In this document: one piece after another, positions 17,351-24,797 of the stretch
Layout of the letters: the number at the start of each line of letters is the position of its first letter
Numbering within the stretch: the first letter of the stretch is position 1
IMG/VR virus record: IMGVR_UViG_3300048998_000030
Coordinates: 1-26,958 of that record
Length of the DNA: 26,958 nt
Source of the DNA: a virus
Lineage: Duplodnaviria > Caudoviricetes
Direction: 5' to 3' (one strand)
Program-made: the position numbers and the translations under genes
Notes under the pieces: model-generated
Database searches by the model: none
Told to the model about the DNA's origin: nothing
Seen by the model: the letters and a program-made list of their open reading frames with translations, nothing else

Positions 17351-19963
17351 GTGACGTTTGTACCTTCACTTCTTCAGCTACCAGATCCCGCGCTGCTGCC
17401 GGCAGGCATTGCCCGTGGCGCTGTCTGGTCGCCCAACGGGACGTATTGCGTCGTCCATCTGGCCGTCTCGCCGTACATAATCATCTACAAGCGTGTCGGT
17501 GAAACGCTGACGGCGATCCCCACGGCAAGCCGGCCGTCGCCCACGGGCGAGACCCGCTGCGGCACGTGGACCTCGGACAGCGCCTACTACATCTACGGCC
17601 AAGCCTCGCCCTCGCCGTTCATGCGGACGTTCCATAATAACGGCGATGACACGTTCACCGCTGTCACGACTCCTGCGTCCACCCTGTTCGGCGGCGATGT
17701 CGCGTGGTCTCCGGACACGTCTGTCGTCATCACGGCCAAGAACGCCTCTCCGTGGATTGGAGCCTACGGCCAGAACAGCCTGACGTTCACCGCTTGGACG
17801 CTCGCCTATGTCGGCGCAGCGATCTCGGGGCGCGTTTATGCGGCCACTTTCTCGCCTGACGGTGCCTACCTTATGGCGGCGGGCTTTTCCGACGCCCCGT
17901 ATATCTGGCTCTATCAGCTCTCTGATCTCACCGGCACCAAGCTGACGCTGTCCCGAGTCACCATTTACGATACGGACGGCGTCACGCCGCTCACTGTCGG
18001 TGGCGGCATCAACCGCGTCGGCTGGATGAAGAGCAAGAACGTCTTCGCCATCATCTCGAACGATATGGTTTTGCGTATCGTCCAGATGACTGGCACACTG
18101 ACGGCAAAGGTTGTCCGGGCGGTCACGGTGCCGGGCACGGGCAACAGCAACGGTTCGACCGAGTTCAGTTCCGACGACCGCAAGCTCTACTACACCACCG
18201 ACAACGGCGGCGGGTTTGTCGATATCAATCCGACGACATTCGTTATCAGCGATCCGCGTGGCGCAAACGCGAACCCGCCGACGACAACGGAGAAGTTCAC
18301 CACGGCGATCGTCGCGGCTGACGGCAAGCAGTACGTCGCTGTCACCGGCAACGATGCACCGTACTTCCGTTGGTATAAGACGCTCGACCGCCTCGCCAAC
18401 ACGCAGTATGGCGGCTACAGCGTGGCGCTCAAGGGCGCGGCCACGCAGGTCAATGTTGCGGCAAGCTTCCAGTCTCTGACGATGGCCGCGATCGGCGCGA
18501 ACATGCAGAGCATAGCCACCCGCGACTACGCGCCGGCAACGGCCTATGTCGGCATGGAAGCGCTCGTGCCCACCGTCTCGCAGATGTTCGCGGAAGTCGC
18601 TGACATCGAGATGGCGTTCAAGCCGCTGACATCGGCCAGTCTCGTGCGGCTGCGAGATCCGGACATCCTTGCCGCCAGCTTCCAGTCGCTGAAGACCGAC
18701 GCCTTCGTGATGGTTCCGAAACAGGTGTTCGCGGACTTCGCGTTCGGCAAGCTGACGACGGAAGCCTCGATCACGATTGTCCCGGAGATCTACGCGCCCT
18801 TCGCGTTCGGCGCGCTGACGACTGACATCCTGCTCAGCAAGCCTCTCTACCCGTCGTCGCTCGAAATGTCGTTTGGCGCGCTCACCTCGGACGGCCTCCT
18901 GCGACAGTTCGACCGCGACTCGATAGCCGCGTCTTTCGGTTCGCTCACGACCGCCGTGGATGTGAAGGTCCCGGTCTATTACTATGCCGAGTTCGCCTTC
19001 CAGAGCTTGACGACGGACGGCCTGATCAACGTGCCGATCGACGCGCACCTCGAAATGTCCTTCGGCGCTTTGAGCGAAGAGCTGGTGGGTGACGTGCCGA
19101 TCGACGCGCACCTCGCCATGTCGTTCAATCCGTTGTCGGCCGAGCTGGTGGGCGACGTGCCGGAAGCCATCTGGATAGCCGGTTCCTTCGGCAGGCTGAC
19201 GGCCGAGCTGGAAGGCAACGTCCCGGAAGCGATCTGGATTGCCGGTTCGTTCAGCAAGCTGACGGCGGATGTCGTGGGCAACGTGCCGCGTGCCATCTGG
19301 ATCGACGGAACGTTCAGCAAGTTCACGATGGCTTCCGAAGTCAAGGTGCCGTACCCGATGTCTATCGAGATGTCGTTCGGTTCGCTGACGGCCGAGCTGG
19401 AAGGCAACGTGCCGCGTGCTGTCTGGATCGAGGACTTCGCCTTCCAGCCGCTGACGATGGCTATTCAGGGCGGTTCCACGATCGGGCTGGACACGCGGCT
19501 GAACTTCGGCCGGCTGACGACCGTGGGCGTGATCGGATATCCTATTGTCATCGAGCCGCAGGACATCGTCCTGCCCTTCGTGGACGTGGCCGGCCGGTTG
19601 ACGATGATCGACTATCTCGACGGCGATCTGACGATGCCAGGGTTTTTCGCTGAAGGCGAGCTGCTGCTGTTTTACGGGATCGAGGGCGCGATCGAGCTGC
19701 CCTTCGTGGACGTTGCCGGCGAGCTGGCCTTCCTCTATCAGGTGTTCGCGGACATCGAGCTGCCGTTCATCCAGATCGACGGGGATCTCTACATGGACAT
19801 GGATCTCTCCGGAGACATCGTCCTGCCCTTCGTGGAGGTACGCGGATCAGGAGCTGCTGACACATCCGGGACCGGTAGCGCGCCAACGCTGATAGGCGAC
19901 ACGGATACGGTTCGCTTGGGTGGCGGCGTCTACTTTGGTTTCGAAGCTCTAACGATAGGATAA
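17351..19963 (+). CDS. Beta-propeller plus 21-aa tandem-repeat virion protein (870 aa)
   Basis: N-terminal ~345 aa has WSPNGTY, WTSDSAY, WSPDTS, FSPDGAYL, FSSDDRK blades; the C-terminal half is 21-aa repeats. Confidence 0.8.
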   Translation: MTFVPSLLQLPDPALLPAGIARGAVWSPNGTYCVVHLAVSPYIIIYKRVGETLTAIPTASRPSPTGETRCGTWTSDSAYYIYGQASPSPFMRTFHNNGDDTFTAVTTPASTLFGGDVAWSPDTSVVITAKNASPWIGAYGQNSLTFTAWTLAYVGAAISGRVYAATFSPDGAYLMAAGFSDAPYIWLYQLSDLTGTKLTLSRVTIYDTDGVTPLTVGGGINRVGWMKSKNVFAIISNDMVLRIVQMTGTLTAKVVRAVTVPGTGNSNGSTEFSSDDRKLYYTTDNGGGFVDINPTTFVISDPRGANANPPTTTEKFTTAIVAADGKQYVAVTGNDAPYFRWYKTLDRLANTQYGGYSVALKGAATQVNVAASFQSLTMAAIGANMQSIATRDYAPATAYVGMEALVPTVSQMFAEVADIEMAFKPLTSASLVRLRDPDILAASFQSLKTDAFVMVPKQVFADFAFGKLTTEASITIVPEIYAPFAFGALTTDILLSKPLYPSSLEMSFGALTSDGLLRQFDRDSIAASFGSLTTAVDVKVPVYYYAEFAFQSLTTDGLINVPIDAHLEMSFGALSEELVGDVPIDAHLAMSFNPLSAELVGDVPEAIWIAGSFGRLTAELEGNVPEAIWIAGSFSKLTADVVGNVPRAIWIDGTFSKFTMASEVKVPYPMSIEMSFGSLTAELEGNVPRAVWIEDFAFQPLTMAIQGGSTIGLDTRLNFGRLTTVGVIGYPIVIEPQDIVLPFVDVAGRLTMIDYLDGDLTMPGFFAEGELLLFYGIEGAIELPFVDVAGELAFLYQVFADIELPFIQIDGDLYMDMDLSGDIVLPFVEVRGSGAADTSGTGSAPTLIGDTDTVRLGGGVYFGFEALTIG
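18455..19850 (+). repeat. In-frame ~63-bp (21-aa) tandem repeats of two classes
   Basis: 16 clear F-x-x-[LF]-[TSK] units plus one degenerate unit, then 5 [DA]-[IL]-x-[LM]-P units. DNA-level similarity is obvious at units starting 19031, 19094, 19157, 19220, 19283 and 19346. Confidence 0.92.
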
Positions 19964-19967
19964 GGCC

Positions 19968-20246
19968 ATGGCCGAGACTGCAAAACTGACGATCTTCCGG
20001 GACGCGTGGACTCAGGTCCCTGTCGCCACCAGCTATCTTGCCGTCCAGCTCGGCGGCGGCGGATCGCTTCGCATCCACATCTCGGACGTGGAGCCGACTG
20101 CCGACAATGAGGACGGCGTGATCATCGCGTGGAACCGCGAGAACACACCGTCCAGCTTCGGTGCCGGCAACCTGCCGACCGGCGTCATGGTCTTCGTGCG
20201 CGCCGAGTCGACAGACGAACAAGAGATCACCTACCTCACCTACTGA
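19968..20246 (+). CDS. Small beta-sandwich-like hypothetical protein (92 aa), probably structural
   Basis: AGGA RBS region; last gene of the fibre operon; alternating hydrophobic pattern. Confidence 0.65.
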   Translation: MAETAKLTIFRDAWTQVPVATSYLAVQLGGGGSLRIHISDVEPTADNEDGVIIAWNRENTPSSFGAGNLPTGVMVFVRAESTDEQEITYLTY

Positions 20247-20568
20247 CGCGATTGCGCACGCCGACGTAGCGCAGCAGTTTCTCCATCACGCCGTTCAACG
20301 GCTGGAAGCTGCGCACGCCGGCTGCATCGTCCTCGGCCTTCCACTGCGAAGCCATGCGACACATGACCGCCCACGCGCCCTTGTCCTTGGCGTTGGCCCG
20401 ATCGAACCTCATAGCCATGAAGATATCGTACAGCTCAGCCCCGCGCTGCTTGCGCCGGTTGTTGTAAACCGTGCCGCAGGCGTGCGCGCAGAACTTCTTC
20501 TCGTAACGGACAGAGGGGCCGATAGGCTTGCCGCATTCAAGGCAACCAGCAGTGCCGTTATTATTCAT
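20236..20568 (-). CDS. Zinc-finger protein (CxxC...CxxxC), possible regulator
   Basis: CLECG...KKFCAHAC then basic YNNRRKQRGAELYD; fills the gap between the tail and lysis operons. Confidence 0.75.
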   Translation of the reverse strand: MNNNGTAGCLECGKPIGPSVRYEKKFCAHACGTVYNNRRKQRGAELYDIFMAMRFDRANAKDKGAWAVMCRMASQWKAEDDAAGVRSFQPLNGVMEKLLRYVGVRNRVSR

Positions 20569-20612
20569 GGGGATTACTCGCTATAACCAGTTGGGACCTT
20601 CCGAGTACACGG

Positions 20613-20652
20613 ATGTCTTACTGGTGGCAATGCCCCGGATCAGATAAGACGT
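20613..20652. promoter_or_regulatory. Imperfect inverted repeat between the divergent Zn-finger and endolysin genes
   Basis: ATGTCTTA-CTG...CAG-A-TAAGACGT arms with an inner GGCA-A-TGCC. Confidence 0.4.
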
Positions 20653-20676
20653 GGACATAGTTAACGTGAGGCTCCC

Positions 20677-21882
20677 ATGAACAACGACACGCTCATTAAG
20701 ACGGCCAGCACCAGCTTGTTCGCCGGCAAGATCACCGCACCGCAGCGGGACGGCATCCTCGCGATCGTCGCCGGCTGGGACAAGTACGGCTACGGCCTCG
20801 ATACCGGCATGGCCTATGTCCTCGCCACGGCCTACCACGAGACCGGACAGCGCATGGTGGCCGTGCGCGAGACCTTCGCCTCGACCGACGCGCAGGCGAA
20901 GTCCCGGCTGACGGCTGCCTTCAAGAAGGGCCAGATGAAATGGGTCAAAGAGGACTACTGGTCGTTCGGCTGGTATGGCCGTGGGCTCGTGCAGCTCACC
21001 CACGAAGAGAATTACAGCGGCGCGCTCCGTGAAGCCGTCTTGAAAGAGTTCCCCGGCAAGGACATCCACGCCACACCGGATCTCGCGCTCGATCCTGCCG
21101 TCGCGGTCTTCATCTTGATCGAGGGCGTGACAAAGGGCGTGACAGTGAAGTCCGACTTCACCAAGTACGCGCTGGAGGATTTCATCAACGCGGACAAGAC
21201 CGACTACCCGAACGCCCGCAAGACGGTCAATCCCGGCGAGCTGGACAGCTACCAGAAGATCGCCGGCTACGCGCTCAAGTTCGAGTCCGCGATCCGTGCC
21301 GCTCGACTGGCAGACGGCGAGGACTTCAAGGGTCCGGCCGAGAACATCTACGACGGCCGATCCTACGTTGCCGTGAAGAACGTGCAGCAGCTCCTGCTCG
21401 ACAAGAAGTACACCGACGTAGGCACGCCGGACGGCAAGTGGGGCACGAAAACCCGTGGCGCGGTGCTGGCCTTCCGGGCTGACAACGGCCTGCCGCTGGA
21501 GCCCACGATCACCGACACCGACTTCCTCGCCGCGCTTGCCACGAGTGACGCCCGCCTGATCGCGCCGGCACGCGCTGAAGCTACCGTGGCAGACCTTCGC
21601 CGCGACGGTTCGAAGACGATCCTCCACGCCGATCGGCAGCAGCTTATGGCGGCAGGCACGGCGGCGGCTGGCGGCATCGCGGTGGTCAACAAGACGCTCG
21701 ATCAGGTCGATCAGTACTCCGCTACGCTGCAACGTGTGGCCGGGTGGGTCCATCCGTTCGTCTCGATGGTCACGACGAACCTGCCGTTGATCCTGATCAG
21801 CGTCGGCGGCTTCGTGGCGTGGCAGGCGTGGAAGATCAAGAAGGCCAAGGTCGAAGCCCACCAAGAAGGGAAGCTCGCGTGA
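20677..21882 (+). CDS. Endolysin: GH19-like catalytic domain, peptidoglycan-binding domain, C-terminal membrane segment
   Basis: AYVLATAYHET, YGRGLVQLTHEENY, PDLAL and NARK.VN motifs; VQQLL...DGKWGTKTRGAVLAFRADNGL; hydrophobic LPLILISVGGFVAWQAW followed by KIKKAK. Confidence 0.9.
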   Translation: MNNDTLIKTASTSLFAGKITAPQRDGILAIVAGWDKYGYGLDTGMAYVLATAYHETGQRMVAVRETFASTDAQAKSRLTAAFKKGQMKWVKEDYWSFGWYGRGLVQLTHEENYSGALREAVLKEFPGKDIHATPDLALDPAVAVFILIEGVTKGVTVKSDFTKYALEDFINADKTDYPNARKTVNPGELDSYQKIAGYALKFESAIRAARLADGEDFKGPAENIYDGRSYVAVKNVQQLLLDKKYTDVGTPDGKWGTKTRGAVLAFRADNGLPLEPTITDTDFLAALATSDARLIAPARAEATVADLRRDGSKTILHADRQQLMAAGTAAAGGIAVVNKTLDQVDQYSATLQRVAGWVHPFVSMVTTNLPLILISVGGFVAWQAWKIKKAKVEAHQEGKLA

Positions 21883-22271
21883 CAGCCATCTGGACGTTCA
21901 TCAAATCACCCATCGGTCTGGCGCTGATCGGCTTCATCGCGCTGATGACCTACGTGCAGATCCAGCGGCATGATGCTGCGGCAGGCGCAAAGGCAGAGTG
22001 CAATGCAGCTCAGATCCAAAGCAACGCGGATGATCTCCAGCGCAAGCTCGATATCGCCACCCAACTCGCCAACGACAATGCAGCCCGAGCGGATAAAACT
22101 CAGGCGGATCTCGATACTCTGGAGAAAGCCCGTGCCGATCTACTTGCCGCGATGGATGCTGATAAAGGCAATTCTCGCCAGTTCCCTCCTGCTATTCTTG
22201 CTCGGATGCACGCCCTCGCCGCCACCGCCAGTTCGGGTAGCAACGCCGCTCCCAAAGCTGGACGCCCGTGA
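21879..22271 (+). CDS. Rz: Inner-membrane spanin (Rz-like)
   Basis: Start reassigned to GTG 21879 (GTGA overlap with the endolysin stop); N-terminal TM helix then Ala/Gln coiled coil. Confidence 0.82.
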   Translation: MTAIWTFIKSPIGLALIGFIALMTYVQIQRHDAAAGAKAECNAAQIQSNADDLQRKLDIATQLANDNAARADKTQADLDTLEKARADLLAAMDADKGNSRQFPPAILARMHALAATASSGSNAAPKAGRP

Positions 22272-22425
22272 CGAAGCCTTGTGCCCGGCAGCCGTGGTGA
22301 CGGCCGACAGTTGGAAGACTGCCGAAAGCGCGCTCCGGGCGTGGGTGTGCGAACGTTCACGGCACATTAATGTCAACGCGAGCTACAATGCGGCCCGGAC
22401 ACGGTTCGGAGCCCCTGCGCCTTGA
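22156..22425 (+). CDS. Rz1: Outer-membrane lipoprotein spanin (Rz1-like)
   Basis: ATG 22156 gives MLIKAILASSLLLFLLG-C lipobox, then Pro-rich TPSPPPP and two further Cys; overlaps the Rz 3' end in the +1 frame. Confidence 0.85.
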   Translation: MLIKAILASSLLLFLLGCTPSPPPPVRVATPLPKLDARDEALCPAAVVTADSWKTAESALRAWVCERSRHINVNASYNAARTRFGAPAP

Positions 22426-22486
22426 CCGTAGTGTGGCACCAGCGTATCAGCCTCGACCTTCTTTGTGCATGGCGAATTGTTGCTGA

Positions 22487-22513
22487 TTGTTTCCCTGCGG
22501 GCAGGGGCTAAAT
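22487..22513 (+). promoter_or_regulatory. Possible promoter with a palindrome in the spacer
   Basis: TTGTTT, then CCCTGC-GG-GCAGGG (22493-22506), then GCTAAAT, within the 113-bp intergenic gap. Confidence 0.3.
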
Positions 22514-22538
22514 AGTAAGCAGGGCTTTCGAGTCGAAG

Positions 22539-22838
22539 GTGGGTATTATGTTTTGGGGTAAAGGTGACAGCTCCAAGCTCTCACCAGAAAGTCGGCAGGT
22601 GCTGGAGCGGCTTCGGGAGCTGGAGGAGTCGGGGCACATCGTCGCCCTCACACCCGATCAGACCCAAGATGCCTTGCGCGCTATCAAGTTCTACCAGAGC
22701 GTCACCGCCACCACCGGCATGGTTGCCGGCATGCGCAATGTGTCGTACTGGCTCGCCGGTATGGTTGTCCTCTGGTGGACATCCAAGGACGCCGTCGTGG
22801 CGTTCCTGAAGCACATCATGACTACCTCTGGAGGGTGA
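22539..22838 (+). CDS. Small membrane protein, holin candidate (alternative start ATG 22548)
   Basis: One hydrophobic segment (YWLAGMVVLWW) near the C-terminus; adjacent to lysis genes. Confidence 0.55.
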   Translation: MGIMFWGKGDSSKLSPESRQVLERLRELEESGHIVALTPDQTQDALRAIKFYQSVTATTGMVAGMRNVSYWLAGMVVLWWTSKDAVVAFLKHIMTTSGG

Positions 22839-22839
22839 T

Positions 22840-23334
22840 TTGTACACGTTTGCTTGGTGGCGCTTGCGCTTCATAGAGCTGGCCGTCGCCGTGGTCTTTG
22901 GCTCTTCGCTGATCTACCTGATCGGCAACATCAACGATCAGCGCAAAGCCGGGATCTCGGCCGAGAATTGGTTCACCGTCAACAAGCTCTACGTCCCGAA
23001 CACCACGGCCGGCGAAGATCCGATCATCACCTACGATCGGACGATCAAGGAACCGTTCAGGGGCTTTTGGGTCACGGAAGTCCAGCGGCTCGATGAAAGC
23101 TCTGGAGCCTTCACGTTGGAGTGCAGCGGCTCGGGGATCAATGACTACGAGATCGTGGACTACATCCCGAACAACCAAGTTCGGTGGAGCTGGTATGTCG
23201 GGAACAAGTGCAGCAATCTGACGCCCGGCCAGTACCGGCTTCGCTCATCGTGGAAAATGCGCCGGTCCAGTTGGCCGGATAAGGAAGTGGTGGTCTATTC
23301 GAACCTCTTCCAGATCCGGCCATCCCGCCCCTAG
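22840..23334 (+). CDS. Membrane-anchored protein with a two-Cys soluble domain; holin/antiholin candidate
   Basis: GGAGG RBS, TTG start; N-terminal TM (IELAVAVVFGSSLIYLIG); beta-rich domain with LECSG and KCSNLTPGQY. Confidence 0.6.
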   Translation: MYTFAWWRLRFIELAVAVVFGSSLIYLIGNINDQRKAGISAENWFTVNKLYVPNTTAGEDPIITYDRTIKEPFRGFWVTEVQRLDESSGAFTLECSGSGINDYEIVDYIPNNQVRWSWYVGNKCSNLTPGQYRLRSSWKMRRSSWPDKEVVVYSNLFQIRPSRP

Positions 23335-23963
23335 ATCGGGGACTCGCCTTGATTGCGCCTGATCTTCGCGATGATCATGCGTGCGGTCCTCTCCTGCTTC
23401 GCGCTGAGTTCGTAGTCGGCCCGGTACTGGTGGGGCACCGTGGCTGCGAACTCTTTCTCCCAATGCTCCAGTGAACCGTCGTCGTCGTAGCTGCTGTAAG
23501 CTTGGTGCAGCTCATCCAGCAGCGGTCTGTTCTTTGGCCGTTGCCGGCGTTTCTGCTCAGCCTTGTGAGCGCGTGCTGCCTGCCGCTCTTCATCCGTCAT
23601 CTCGGCATCATCGAACGCGCCGCTATAGCGTTGCTTGGCGCTCTCGGCCTCGCGCTTTGCGGCGGCGGCAGCAGCTTCCCGTTGCGCGGCCCGTGCGCGG
23701 CGCTCTATGTCCGCAAAGAAGTCGTCACTGAAGCTGCTGCCGCGTTGGCGGAAAGGATTGTAGGAGGGGTCACGGCGCGGCTCTTGTTGCGGATGCCTGG
23801 ACTCCTGCCGCTGCGACTGCGGCCCCATACATAGCTCCACGATCGTCTTGTTTTCCGCCTTCGCCAGCTCGTGGATCTTCAGGGCTGCGGCTGCCCGCTC
23901 GCCCATCTGATCGCTCCCCAGCATGCCGAGATACTTTTCCAGCCGGGATCTGTTATCAGCCAT
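23331..23963 (-). CDS. Hypothetical phage protein (210 aa)
   Basis: N-terminal LGMLGSD..GE.AAAA and C-terminal WE.EF...LSAKQ motifs recur in alphaproteobacterial phage hypotheticals; last gene of the - strand operon. Confidence 0.75.
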   Translation of the reverse strand: MADNRSRLEKYLGMLGSDQMGERAAAALKIHELAKAENKTIVELCMGPQSQRQESRHPQQEPRRDPSYNPFRQRGSSFSDDFFADIERRARAAQREAAAAAAKREAESAKQRYSGAFDDAEMTDEERQAARAHKAEQKRRQRPKNRPLLDELHQAYSSYDDDGSLEHWEKEFAATVPHQYRADYELSAKQERTARMIIAKIRRNQGESPI

Positions 23964-24138
23964 CTTCCCACTCCGGGTCCGGCGCGAACGTCCAGCCCTC
24001 TTTCACCTTCACCCAATCACCCGCGCAGACCTGTACGCTCTCGGATGCCAGCACGCCGGCTATGTCATGATCCGGGTCCAGCCCAAGGATCTCTATGAGC
24101 TGGGCGTCGGTGATGTATTCGCGTTTCGGTTCTTCCAT
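23956..24138 (-). CDS. Hypothetical acidic protein (60 aa)
   Basis: Overlaps neighbours on both sides (TAATG upstream, 8-nt overlap downstream). Confidence 0.65.
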   Translation of the reverse strand: MEEPKREYITDAQLIEILGLDPDHDIAGVLASESVQVCAGDWVKVKEGWTFAPDPEWEDG

Positions 24139-24797
24139 TACACTACCTCTGCGATGTCCGGGTACATGATCGGATCTGTGAACTTGTTGGCTTCCTTGCC
24201 GTGGATCGTCCAGTCGCCGTGCTGCTCGCGGCCGAACATTTCGAGATATGGACCCTGCACCAGCCGCTCGATCTGCTTCCAGATGTCGGACGGCTTGCGG
24301 CTATGTTCCCGGCGCGGGGAGACTAGCAGGCGCGGCACGTTCTTGGCGTCCCGTGGTGGGGCTCCCACCGTGGCGAGGAAGCAGCGCTCGACCTCCTGCT
24401 CGGTCTCACCGAAGTACGCCTCATAGACGTGTTCAGGGTTCGCCCTTGTCCAGTGGCCGGTGCCTTGGAAGAACGTCTTGCCGTCCTTGTTCGTCTTGCC
24501 CCAATAGAAGCCGATCGTCTTGTACTTGAAGCCCCACGCCTTCAGGACTTCGTGTGCCATCTCGACGTGGCTGTCGATCACCCACATGAACAGGACGCAG
24601 TTTTTGTCGCAGAGATCCCGGACAGGCATGGCCTTGATCTCGTCTAGGGTCATCGTTTCGTAGTGGCGATCCGGTGAGCGGTCCATGCCCTTTGGGGATC
24701 TCGTGACATATCTCCATGGGGGGTCGCACAGAATTGCGCGATAGCGTTTGTAGCCCAAGCCCTTGAACGGCCCGGACTGGATAAGTTGTATGCTCAC
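24138..24797 (-). CDS. MT-A70 family N6-adenine methyltransferase
   Basis: DPPW catalytic motif, HYETM, LFMW, AWGFKYKT, REHSRKP and YLEMFGR. Confidence 0.93.
   Translation of the reverse strand: MSIQLIQSGPFKGLGYKRYRAILCDPPWRYVTRSPKGMDRSPDRHYETMTLDEIKAMPVRDLCDKNCVLFMWVIDSHVEMAHEVLKAWGFKYKTIGFYWGKTNKDGKTFFQGTGHWTRANPEHVYEAYFGETEQEVERCFLATVGAPPRDAKNVPRLLVSPRREHSRKPSDIWKQIERLVQGPYLEMFGREQHGDWTIHGKEANKFTDPIMYPDIAEVV

Noticed and set aside
19031-19430. Regularly spaced DNA repeats as a possible CRISPR array or DGR template/variable pair
   Set aside because: Repeats are in-frame 63-bp coding units without unique spacers, differences are not confined to adenines, and no cas or reverse transcriptase gene is in the window.
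20660-20666. CtrA box upstream of the endolysin
   Set aside because: Only a single TTAAC half-site; no TTAA-N7-TTAA pair.
7047-21864. Other long antisense ORFs (7047-8279, 9427-10743, 17378-19111, 20581-21864)
   Set aside because: Overlap recognisable + strand genes and have the same shadow-ORF character.
21744-22155. ORF-track starts at 21744 and 21970 (also 7956 and 25367)
   Set aside because: Downstream starts give proper gene coupling, TM or lipobox signals; the upstream extensions overlap other genes.
22539-22550. Lambda S-type dual-start motif (GTG GGT ATT ATG)
   Set aside because: No basic residue between the starts, and only the ATG has a well-placed RBS.
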